From: an uncultured Chloroflexia bacterium
GTDB taxonomy: Bacteria; Chloroflexota; Ktedonobacteria; Ktedonobacterales; JADMIN01
Reading direction: 5' to 3'
Length of the DNA stretch: 32,000 bases
Assembly (NCBI GenBank): GCA_963718915.1
Contig: CAVRAI010000015.1
Location: 420,001 to 452,000, forward strand
Program-made: the position numbers and the translations under genes
Shown here: one piece after another, positions 20,148 through 28,342 of the stretch
How the letters are laid out: each line of letters begins with the position of its first letter
How positions within the stretch are numbered: the stretch's first letter is position 1
The notes under the pieces: generated by a model
What the model saw: the letters and a program-made list of their open reading frames with translations, nothing else
What the model was told of the DNA's origin: nothing
Database searches by the model: none

Positions 20148-21136
20148 TTGGCCTGCCTGGTTGGCATCAGGGTATCGTTCGGCGCGACAGCATCCGCCTC
20201 GCGCGCGGCGATATTGACGGTGTTGTGGGCGCAGGTGCCGCAGCCGCTGAAATGGCCATCGGCGCCGACTGCGGGGCCTGTGAATCCTGGCGGCGCTGTC
20301 CTCGGCTCATAGCCGGATAGTTCGCGCACGGGCACCGTCACCGTCGCGCCACTTTCCAGCATCACCTCGACCGATTCGCGTGGCACATTGATGCCGACGA
20401 TCCGCCCCTGCCCGCTGGAGGTCATCACCGTCTCGTTGTAGGCGGGCATCCGCGACTTCGCCTCGATGTAGTTGTCGTTCTCATACGAGAGGCAGCAGAG
20501 CAGCCGCCCACAGACACCGGATATCTTGCTAGTGTTGAGCGGCAGCCCCTGCTCTTTGGCCATGCGAATCGAGACGACATTGAACTCCGTCAGCCAGGAG
20601 CTACAACAGAGCGTTTTGCCACACATGCCCACGCCGCCGAGCAGCTTGGCATGGTCGCGCGCGCCGATCTGCCGCAGCTCGATACGGGTATGGAAAGTCG
20701 CCGCCAGGTCGCGCACCAGCGCCCGAAAGTCCACCCGCTCTTCAGCCGTGAAGTAGAAGGTCAGGCGGCTGCCGTCGAAGGTATATTCGGCCTCGGCCAG
20801 TTTCATCGGCAGGCCATGCTGGGCGATGCGTTGCGCGCAGCGGCGCAAAGCCTCTTTCTCGCGCCCCTTGAAGCTCAGCATCCGTCGTAAGTCATCCTCC
20901 TCGGCGAGGCGGATCACCGGCTTCAGCTCAGCGCCGCCAAGCTCGGCAATCTCCACCTGCCGTGGCAGAATGACTACGCGACCGCATTCAAGCCCCTTCG
21001 CGCTTTCGACGATGACCCACTGGCCGATCTTCAATTGATAGCCCGCCGGGTCGTAGTAATAGACCCGTCCAGCGGGCCGGAAACGCACACCGACCACCCG
21101 ATGAGTCGGCTCTGGCGCATCAGTTGTCTGAGACAT
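20144..21136 (-). CDS. PSP1 C-terminal domain protein (YaaT/RicT-like) with a ~70-aa C-terminal extension
   Basis: GMCGKTLCCSSWL...VSIRMAKEQGLPLNTSKISGVCGRLLCCLSYE is the PSP1/RicT Cys-rich core. Confidence 0.85.
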   Translation of the reverse strand: MSQTTDAPEPTHRVVGVRFRPAGRVYYYDPAGYQLKIGQWVIVESAKGLECGRVVILPRQVEIAELGGAELKPVIRLAEEDDLRRMLSFKGREKEALRRCAQRIAQHGLPMKLAEAEYTFDGSRLTFYFTAEERVDFRALVRDLAATFHTRIELRQIGARDHAKLLGGVGMCGKTLCCSSWLTEFNVVSIRMAKEQGLPLNTSKISGVCGRLLCCLSYENDNYIEAKSRMPAYNETVMTSSGQGRIVGINVPRESVEVMLESGATVTVPVRELSGYEPRTAPPGFTGPAVGADGHFSGCGTCAHNTVNIAAREADAVAPNDTLMPTRQAN

Positions 21137-21141
21137 AAGCG

Positions 21142-21720
21142 TTATGCGTTCAATTCCTCGGTGAGCAAGATCGCCTCCGCGACATCCTTCATCGGCTTGC
21201 GATTATTCATGCTGAGCTTCTGAATGCGCCGGAAGGCTTCTTGTTCGCTTAAGTTGTGTTTCTCCATCAGCACGCCCTTGGCCCGTTCGACCACTTTGCG
21301 GGTGGCGAGCGCCTCTTCCAGATCCTTCACCTTCGCCTCGATGGTGCGGAACTCCTGGAAGCGGGCAAGAGCAATATTGATGGCTGCCTTGAGGTCACTC
21401 TGTCGCCAGGGCTTGGTGACGTAGTGCACCACGCCCGCGGAGCGCGCGCGGTCGATCAGATCGTCCTCGCTATACGCCGTAAGCAAGATGACCGGCGCCA
21501 GTTTCTCGCGGGTGAGAATCTCGGCGGCGGCGATACCATCCAGCTCGGGCATACGGATATCCATGACGACGAGATCGGGGCGTAGCTCACGCGCCAGATT
21601 GACGGCGCTCTGACCGTCGCCCACCTGGCCGACGACGAGATAGCCCTGTTTCTCGAGTTCTTCTTTAAGATCCATGCGGATGACGGCGTCATCTTCCGCG
21701 AGAATGATGCGTGTTGGCAT
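21142..21720 (-). CDS. response regulator with ANTAR RNA-binding output domain
   Basis: Receiver domain (ILAEDDAVIRMDL ... LVVMDIRMP ... VTKP) followed by ANTAR (TRKVVERAKGVLMEKHNLSEQEAFRRIQKLSMNNRKPMKDVAEAIL). Confidence 0.9.
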   Translation of the reverse strand: MPTRIILAEDDAVIRMDLKEELEKQGYLVVGQVGDGQSAVNLARELRPDLVVMDIRMPELDGIAAAEILTREKLAPVILLTAYSEDDLIDRARSAGVVHYVTKPWRQSDLKAAINIALARFQEFRTIEAKVKDLEEALATRKVVERAKGVLMEKHNLSEQEAFRRIQKLSMNNRKPMKDVAEAILLTEELNA

Positions 21721-21926
21721 GCCTCTCTCCCTCCGTTGTGTGGCGTCCTGGATGACCCAGTCAATAATGTCCAGGGATGAATAGCGCCGTCATCGCGCCA
21801 AATCAGCCACAACATCGGGGCAAAAACGGCAGGAATCCGTTTGCCGCAGTATAGCACATCAGGGCCGGGCCGACCGCTCACCTGACGCGCATCTCCGCCA
21901 CTTCTCCTCGTAGGGGAGATGATTTG

Positions 21927-23117
21927 TTACCCGCCGAGTTTGGCAGGGCGCTCGCCTAACGTCACCGTCACTTTTTGCGTCGTGGCTGAGTCGCGCACGT
22001 AGCTGATCGTGACCTTCGTGCCCGGCTGCTGGCTGATGAGCGCCGAGCCGAGGTCGCCGTTGCCCGTTATCTGCTGGTCGTTGACCGCGACGATGATATC
22101 ACCGGTTCGCAATCCCGCCTGTTGGGCAGGGCTTTTGCCGGAGGCGTCATTGGCGAAGCCAGAAATAAGCACACCCTGCTGGACGGGCAGGCCGTTCGCC
22201 TGCGCCAGCGCTGACGTAACGTCTACGCCCTCGATGCCGATGAAGCCCTGCCCGCTATTCACCAGATGTCCATTCTTGATGAGCTGGTCGGCGACGAACT
22301 TTACCCGGTTCGATGGGATGGCGAAACCGATGCCATCCGCTGCGCTCCCCGATTCGGGATTGACCGCGCCGAGGGTGGGCACGCCGATGAGCCGCCCTTG
22401 CAAATCCACCAGCGCGCCGCCGCTATTGCCGGGGTTGATTGGCGCGCTGGTCTGAATCAGCCCGGTCAGGACGCTTGCCGTGCCGCCAGCGCCCTCCTGC
22501 GCCGAGCGGTTGAGCGCGCTAATGATGCCAAACGTGGCCGACTGTGTCAGCCCCAGCGGGCTACCAATCGCGATGGAGAACTGCCCCACCTGCACCTTCG
22601 AGGAATCGCCAAATGCGATAGGCGGTAGGTTTTGCCCATCCACCTTGAGCACGGCCAGATCGTCCTGTGGATCCTCGCCAATCAGCCGCGCTGAGAGCTG
22701 CTTGCCATTCGCCAGCGCGACTGAGAAGGTGGAAAATCCGTGTACGACGTGGTCATTGGTCACGATATAGCCGTCGGTGGTGATGATCTCGCCAGAGCCA
22801 ATCGCCTGACCTCCATTGCCGCTGCTCTGCACTTCCACGACGGAAGGCTGGACTGCGCTGATTACATTGATGATCGTTTGTTGGAGGTCAATGGCCGAAG
22901 GAGGCGCCTGCACTGGCGTCTGATTACCGCCAATCTGCACGCCACTGCTGCCGGTTGGGGTAGAGGTTTGTCCGGTCGAATCAATACTGCACCCGGCGAC
23001 GAAGAGGACACACGCCAGGAGCGGAAGGCTCACCAGATAGCCTCGCAGGCGTGGTCGTCGGCGTGTCTCGGTGTTTTTCACGATCCGAACCACATCAGAC
23101 GTGGGGAATTCATCCAT
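21927..23117 (-). CDS. HtrA/DegP-family serine protease (S1C) with N-terminal TM anchor and C-terminal PDZ
   Basis: Catalytic triad contexts TNDHVV, DLAVLKV and GNSGGALVD. PDZ-like tail (GVLISGF...GLRTGDIIVAVN). AAGGAG 6 nt before ATG 23117. Confidence 0.9.
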   Translation of the reverse strand: MDEFPTSDVVRIVKNTETRRRPRLRGYLVSLPLLACVLFVAGCSIDSTGQTSTPTGSSGVQIGGNQTPVQAPPSAIDLQQTIINVISAVQPSVVEVQSSGNGGQAIGSGEIITTDGYIVTNDHVVHGFSTFSVALANGKQLSARLIGEDPQDDLAVLKVDGQNLPPIAFGDSSKVQVGQFSIAIGSPLGLTQSATFGIISALNRSAQEGAGGTASVLTGLIQTSAPINPGNSGGALVDLQGRLIGVPTLGAVNPESGSAADGIGFAIPSNRVKFVADQLIKNGHLVNSGQGFIGIEGVDVTSALAQANGLPVQQGVLISGFANDASGKSPAQQAGLRTGDIIVAVNDQQITGNGDLGSALISQQPGTKVTISYVRDSATTQKVTVTLGERPAKLGG

Positions 23118-23280
23118 CACAGACTCCTTAACGCCGTTGTTATTGCCAGGGATACACTCGTACATCGTGACCCACAGCGAGGAACTTGTTCTCTACCATA
23201 ATTTAGCATGCTGGCATATCTTCGCAACATGCGACATAGAATAGCCCGGTCGTATTGCATGGAGCGCCTTCGTCGTAGAC

Positions 23281-23337
23281 ATGCTGTTGTCCGCATTCGA
23301 CTGATACTTGACAGGGATGGACATCATGGATTACTAT
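23281..23337 (+). promoter_or_regulatory. candidate padR promoter (TTGACA 23308-13, N17/18, TTACTAT 23331-37) with upstream inverted repeat ATGC-N8-GCAT (23281-96)
   Basis: Near-consensus -35 and an A/T-rich -10 at correct spacing, 50 nt before the padR ATG. The palindrome resembles the ATGT-N8-ACAT type of PadR operator. Confidence 0.4.
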
Positions 23338-23387
23338 TACCATTGTGGTTATAGTCGATTGGGTACTACTGGACGGTTGAGGTACGA

Positions 23388-23789
23388 ATGACTAATACGT
23401 TTGCCGCGTCGCCCGCGCCCGAGGACCTGTTGCCGCTGACGCCCGCGACGTTCCATATCTTGCTGGCGCTGGTGGGACAGGAGCGCCACGGGTACAGCAT
23501 CATGCGCGAGGTTGAAGCGTATACGCGCGGCAAGCTCCGCCTTGGCGCCACCACGCTCTACCGCTCCATCAAGCAGATGCTGGCGGCGCACCTCATCGAA
23601 GAAATGGATGAGCGTCCCGACCCTGAGCTTGACGACGAGCGCCGCCGCTACTATCGCATCACGCTGTTCGGGCAGCGGGTGCTTCAGGCCGAGGCCAATC
23701 GCCTGGCCGCGCTGGTGGCGCTGGCCCAGGAAAAAGGGGTCATCTCCACTGGCGACATCCCCGGACTCGCGTTTGGAGGCGCCCTATGA
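23388..23789 (+). CDS. PadR-family transcriptional regulator
   Basis: Winged-helix block FHILLALVGQERHGYSIMREVEAYTRGKLRLGATTLYRSIKQML and a C-terminal dimerisation helix. Confidence 0.85.
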   Translation: MTNTFAASPAPEDLLPLTPATFHILLALVGQERHGYSIMREVEAYTRGKLRLGATTLYRSIKQMLAAHLIEEMDERPDPELDDERRRYYRITLFGQRVLQAEANRLAALVALAQEKGVISTGDIPGLAFGGAL

Positions 23790-24826
23790 GCCGCCCATCC
23801 GCCCTGTCATCTGAATCATCTGGCCCATCGAGGCCGTCTGGCGGGTTGCCCACGCTGCTGGTAATAACGCTGTGGGCTTATCAGAAATTGCTTATGGCGC
23901 AGCCCCCGGCCTTTCGCCGCGAATATGGCCTGTCCATTGCCCAGGTGTTCCGCCAGACCAGCCTCGATGCGTATCGCTCGAATGGCGCGCCCGGCGTGAT
24001 ACGTCTCTGGCTGCCAGCATGTGGCGATGTGCTCTCCGGCGCGCTGGCCGAGTACGCTCTGTTGATTGTGGGAACCTTGAAAGGATCGTCCCTCATGGTC
24101 CAGTATCGTCGGTCCGCCAGTTTCATTTTTGGCGCTTTTATTGCCTTTGTCATCGCGGGCATCGGATTCCAGAAGGCAAACGAGGACATCATGAAGACCT
24201 CGCTGCCAGACACCTATCCGATCCTCTCCGTCGCCTATCATGCGATGATGGTGGGCGCTGTGATCGCACTGTTGGCCGTCCTGGTTGGTGGCGTCCCCAT
24301 CGCTTTTGCCGCGCTCCGCTATGCGATTGCTCATCGTCGCGGCGACATCCTGGCGCGATTTGCCGTGCCGCCCGTTGCGCTGCTCGTCATCATCGCCGGT
24401 CTGTTCATCGTGGCCAGCTACAACATCGGTGGCAATACCGCCGCGACAATTCATACGCCCGCGCGCTTCGCGGCCATTGGTTCACTCGCCGCGCTGTTTA
24501 TCCTTGGCGCAATCGCCAGCACGTACGCCGTGCTGGATGCCATCGCCCGCGCCGAGATTCCCGAGGGTTTGCTGCGGTTCGCGCTGATCCCAGGTGTGGT
24601 AGCGACCGTAGCGATGGCGCTCATGGTCGTGGCGTATCTCGCCTGGAGCTTTACGCTCTGGCAGAACGTCCCCTCGTACTTCTGGGGCAATGAAGGCTTT
24701 CTTGCCACCAGCACCCTGGTCGGGATGGTCGTGCAGGTAGTAGTGATGGTGGTCGCGACGATCATTGCCATCCGTGCCCTCACGCAAGGCTTCGCGGCCC
24801 GAAACGCCACGCCGCACCTCGCGTAG
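23786..24826 (+). CDS. hypothetical polytopic membrane protein, translationally coupled to padR (ATGA overlap)
   Basis: About 8 hydrophobic helices. The start overlaps the padR stop. No family recognised. Confidence 0.6.
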   Translation: MSRPSALSSESSGPSRPSGGLPTLLVITLWAYQKLLMAQPPAFRREYGLSIAQVFRQTSLDAYRSNGAPGVIRLWLPACGDVLSGALAEYALLIVGTLKGSSLMVQYRRSASFIFGAFIAFVIAGIGFQKANEDIMKTSLPDTYPILSVAYHAMMVGAVIALLAVLVGGVPIAFAALRYAIAHRRGDILARFAVPPVALLVIIAGLFIVASYNIGGNTAATIHTPARFAAIGSLAALFILGAIASTYAVLDAIARAEIPEGLLRFALIPGVVATVAMALMVVAYLAWSFTLWQNVPSYFWGNEGFLATSTLVGMVVQVVVMVVATIIAIRALTQGFAARNATPHLA

Positions 24827-24856
24827 CCGTTCGCCGATAACCCCTATTGCCTGATT

Positions 24857-24900
24857 GGCGCCCCCCGATTGCGGGGCGCCAGGATTCGTGCGCCTTTTTT
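24857..24900 (+). terminator. two mutually exclusive hairpins; the second is followed by T6
   Basis: Hairpin 1 is GGCGCCCC (24857-64) / GGGGCGCC (24873-80). Hairpin 2 is GGCGC (24875-79) / GCGCC (24890-94), followed by TTTTTT (24895-24900). The ABC ATPase SD and ATG follow directly. Confidence 0.45.
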
Positions 24901-24920
24901 CAGGAAAGGAAGCTTGCCGT

Positions 24921-25616
24921 ATGCAACGAGATCAGCAGACCAGCACAGCCGAGGCCCTCAGCGCCATTGATGTTGGCAAGTCGCTGCTATTGGGCCGCGA
25001 GCGGGTCGAGATTCTCAAAGACGTCCGCATGGAGGTCCACCATGGCGAATTTGTCGCTATCGTCGGCCCGTCTGGCTCAGGCAAATCGACGTTGCTCGGC
25101 ATCATTGCTGGATTGGATACTCCGACGAGCGGCCAGGTGTTCATCGACGGGATCGACGTTACCAGCATGCGCGAGGCGCAGCTGGCGGGCGTCCGTAACC
25201 AGAAGATCGGTATGGTCTTTCAGGCGTTCAATCTCATCCCGACGCTGACCGCGCAGGAAAACGTCGAGGCGCCGTTGGCCATCGGCAGGCATCCCGGTGA
25301 CGCGACGAGCCAGGCGCGGGCGATGCTGACGCTGGTGGGACTGGCCCACCGCTTCAAAAATCGGCCGAATCAGCTCTCTGGCGGCGAGCAGCAGCGGGTT
25401 GCTATTGCGCGCGCCCTCGTCACACGCCCCGCGATTGTCATCATGGATGAGCCGACCGGCAATCTGGATCGAGCCAATAGCGAGAACGTGCTCCAGATGA
25501 TCCGCGATGTGCAGCGCGAGACGGGGACGACGTTCATCATTGCGACGCATGACGCAACGGTGGCCGGGGCGGCGCACCGCACGATTCATCTGCTGGATGG
25601 GACGGTGGCGGCATGA
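24921..25616 (+). CDS. ABC transporter ATP-binding protein (MacB/LolD/FtsE-like)
   Basis: GPSGSGKSTL (Walker A), LSGGEQQRVAIARAL (signature), IVIMDEPTGNLD (Walker B). ATG 24921 with AAAGGAAG upstream. Confidence 0.92.
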   Translation: MQRDQQTSTAEALSAIDVGKSLLLGRERVEILKDVRMEVHHGEFVAIVGPSGSGKSTLLGIIAGLDTPTSGQVFIDGIDVTSMREAQLAGVRNQKIGMVFQAFNLIPTLTAQENVEAPLAIGRHPGDATSQARAMLTLVGLAHRFKNRPNQLSGGEQQRVAIARALVTRPAIVIMDEPTGNLDRANSENVLQMIRDVQRETGTTFIIATHDATVAGAAHRTIHLLDGTVAA

Positions 25617-28324
25617 GGCTACGCATCTACTGGCGCTATGCCACACGCTCGCTCGGGCGCGGCGGCCAGCATACGCTCTTCGCGATCTTCTGTGTCGCGG
25701 TTGGGGTGATGGTGATCGTCGCGCTGCAGTTGGTTGGCCTGATGGTCAATGCGGCGCTGACGGGCAACATTCGCGCGTTCAACGGCGGCGATCTGGCGAT
25801 GCATTCCGAGACAGGTATCAGCGACGGGCAACTGGTGTACTTCGCGCAGCTTCAGTCCGAGGGAACCATCACGGTCTATTCGCCAGCTATTATCGACGAA
25901 GCGACGACGCCTGCGGGCGGCAGCTTGCAGCGCGTGTCCTTCTGGGCCGTCGATCCCGCGACCTTCCCACTGGCCGGAACGATGCCAGTCATCACACCCA
26001 GTGGCGGCGAGACCGCCACGCTCCTGCAGGGTCAGGGAAGCGCTGTCGTGACGGATATACTGATGCAGCGGCTGCACCTCCATGTCGGCGACACGCTGCC
26101 GTTGACGATCAGCTCCGGTCGGGCTGGCAGCGTGACAATCACTGGCGAGATCGCTACGTCGGGCGTGATTAGCGACCGCGCCGACCTGCTGCTGTCAAGG
26201 CAGACCTACGCCAGCTTTATCAACCTGACCGGCGGCCCGGCGGCCTATGGCTGGGTCTTCGTCAACGTGCCAGGGCATAGTGATGCGGCGGCGGCGCGGG
26301 TGGCGGCGCAGGTTCACCAGCAGTTTCCCGATCTGGCGACCACGACGGTTCCACAAGCGCAGCAACATGCGCAATCCGAGATCGACGGCATACGGACGTT
26401 CCTGCGCATCATTGGACTGCTGGCGCTGCTCATCGGCGGCGTGGGCATCATCAATACGATGCAGGTGCTACTCCGGCGACGGTTGCTCGAAATCGCGATG
26501 CTCAAGACGCAGGGCTACCGCCAGCGTCATCTGCTGCTGATGTTCGGCATCGAGGCGATGCTGCTGGGGATGATTGGCGGCATTGTGGGCGCTCTGCTGG
26601 GCATCGGCCTGAGCTTTCTGGTGCAGGCGCTGGTCGAGCGCGCCTTCTTCCTGACCATTCCGACCATCATCGACCCGCTGACGGTTGCCTCCGGTGTTGC
26701 CATCGGGATCGTCACGACGTTGATCTTTGGCCTGCTGCCGATTGTCCGCACCAGCGCCGTACGCCCGCTTGCCGTGCTGCGCGAGATGGGAGTGGAAGGC
26801 GCGCGCGCCAGCCGCATGGCGACTGTTGGTTTGCTGCTGCTGCTCAGTGCGCTCTTCTTTCTGCTGGCGCTGAGCATTTTGGGCAATCTGACGGTGACTC
26901 TGGCGGTTGTGTTGGGAGCGGGTCTCGCGCTCGGGCTGCTGACCGCGTTCTTCTCGCTCATCGCGGGTGTCATCAGTCACTGGCCAGTGCCCAACCTGCG
27001 TCGTGGCGCATCGCTGCTGGCGCTTGTGCCGTTCCTGCTGCTTGGTCTGCTGCTCCTGCGCCTCTCGGCTGGCTTCGGTGTCCTGTTACTGGCGCTGGTC
27101 GCCGTTGGGCTGCTGGTGGCGTTCCTGCCGCGAGCAGCCCGGGCTGAGACTCAACTTGCGCTGCGCAACATTGGACGTGCGCGTGGTCGGAGCGCAACGA
27201 CGCTGGTGGCGCTCTTCGTCGGGGTGTTCGCTATCGGTCTTGGACTGGTGTTAGGCCAGAACCTCAAAGACTTCATCGCCTCGCGCAATGCCACAGTCAA
27301 CCAGGATAACGCCTATATTCTGGCAAATAGCCAGGATGCCCCGCTGGTGGCGGAGCAGCTGAGGAAGTTGCCTGGCGCCTCCAACGAGCAGGTATCGCTG
27401 GCGGCTCCCGCGCGGCTCCTTGCCATCAACGGGCAGCCCGCGCCGATGGCTCCCGCGCCGAGTGAGACGGCGAATCTCACAGGCATCAATGGCTTCGATC
27501 TGGCAACAGGCAGCCTGCCGCCCGCTACTCTGACGCAAGGCGCGCAGGACCCACATGCTGGGCGGCTTCTCAATCCTGGCGATGCCGGGACACTCAACGC
27601 GGTCTTCCCGCTGAGTGAATCGGATGCTCCCTATAGGCTCAAACTGGGCGATCAGGTGATGATGAGCAGTCTCGATGGCAAGACGACACAGACATTACAT
27701 GTGGTCGGTTTCTACACGGGTCTGGGCACATTCGCGGGCCTTTCAGCGACTCTCACTGACCGCGGTGTGGCGATGACGCTGAGCGGCGGCCATCCCTACA
27801 CGATATTCGCGGTCCGTTTGCCCCCCGCGACGCAGAGCCAGAGCTTGCAGACGATCAAGCAGGCGGTTCCAGGGGTTATCACGCTGGGGGATGCGGCGGC
27901 GCTCAATGAGATCGATACCATTCTCGATAACATTGTGCAGGTGATCGAGGCGGTCGCGTCGCTGGCGATGTTTGCCGGCCTGGTGCTGATTGCCAACACG
28001 GTGGCGCTGGCGATGCTCGAACGCCGCCGCGAGCTTGGCATCCTGAAAGCGATTGGCCACACCAGTCGCGGCATCCTGGGCATGGTACTGGCCGAGCAGG
28101 GCGTGCTGGCGATCATTGGGGCGTATAGCGCGCTGCTCGTGGTGAGCGTGGCCGCAACGGTTCTGACGCAGATGACGTTTCATTCGACACTGGGGACTAG
28201 CAGTTCGGTCCCGCTGACGCTCGCGCTCGCGGCGGCTACGTCGGTTCTGTGTATGCTGGTGGCGGGAAGTGTGGCGTGGCGGGCGACCCGTATTCGCCCC
28301 ATCGAAGCGCTACGCTATGAGTAG
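25613..28324 (+). CDS. ABC transporter permease with two FtsX-type 4-TM modules (903 aa)
   Basis: The start overlaps the ATPase stop by 4 nt. Two blocks each pair an extracytoplasmic domain with an FtsX-like helix bundle (…LKTQGYRQRHLLLMF… and …LKAIGHTSRGILGMV…). Confidence 0.85.
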   Translation: MRLRIYWRYATRSLGRGGQHTLFAIFCVAVGVMVIVALQLVGLMVNAALTGNIRAFNGGDLAMHSETGISDGQLVYFAQLQSEGTITVYSPAIIDEATTPAGGSLQRVSFWAVDPATFPLAGTMPVITPSGGETATLLQGQGSAVVTDILMQRLHLHVGDTLPLTISSGRAGSVTITGEIATSGVISDRADLLLSRQTYASFINLTGGPAAYGWVFVNVPGHSDAAAARVAAQVHQQFPDLATTTVPQAQQHAQSEIDGIRTFLRIIGLLALLIGGVGIINTMQVLLRRRLLEIAMLKTQGYRQRHLLLMFGIEAMLLGMIGGIVGALLGIGLSFLVQALVERAFFLTIPTIIDPLTVASGVAIGIVTTLIFGLLPIVRTSAVRPLAVLREMGVEGARASRMATVGLLLLLSALFFLLALSILGNLTVTLAVVLGAGLALGLLTAFFSLIAGVISHWPVPNLRRGASLLALVPFLLLGLLLLRLSAGFGVLLLALVAVGLLVAFLPRAARAETQLALRNIGRARGRSATTLVALFVGVFAIGLGLVLGQNLKDFIASRNATVNQDNAYILANSQDAPLVAEQLRKLPGASNEQVSLAAPARLLAINGQPAPMAPAPSETANLTGINGFDLATGSLPPATLTQGAQDPHAGRLLNPGDAGTLNAVFPLSESDAPYRLKLGDQVMMSSLDGKTTQTLHVVGFYTGLGTFAGLSATLTDRGVAMTLSGGHPYTIFAVRLPPATQSQSLQTIKQAVPGVITLGDAAALNEIDTILDNIVQVIEAVASLAMFAGLVLIANTVALAMLERRRELGILKAIGHTSRGILGMVLAEQGVLAIIGAYSALLVVSVAATVLTQMTFHSTLGTSSSVPLTLALAAATSVLCMLVAGSVAWRATRIRPIEALRYE

Positions 28325-28342
28325 ACCCTGCTCAACGAATTC

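Noticed and set aside
21819-21853. Hairpin plus T5 (minus strand) with an overlapping TGcTATACT extended -10, considered as an htrA terminator or an ANTAR-controlled attenuator of the response-regulator operon
   Set aside because: Two alternative folds exist. The stronger one buries the U-run in the stem. A start site inferred from the -10 would fall inside the hairpin. I could not find the paired hexaloop ANTAR target motif.
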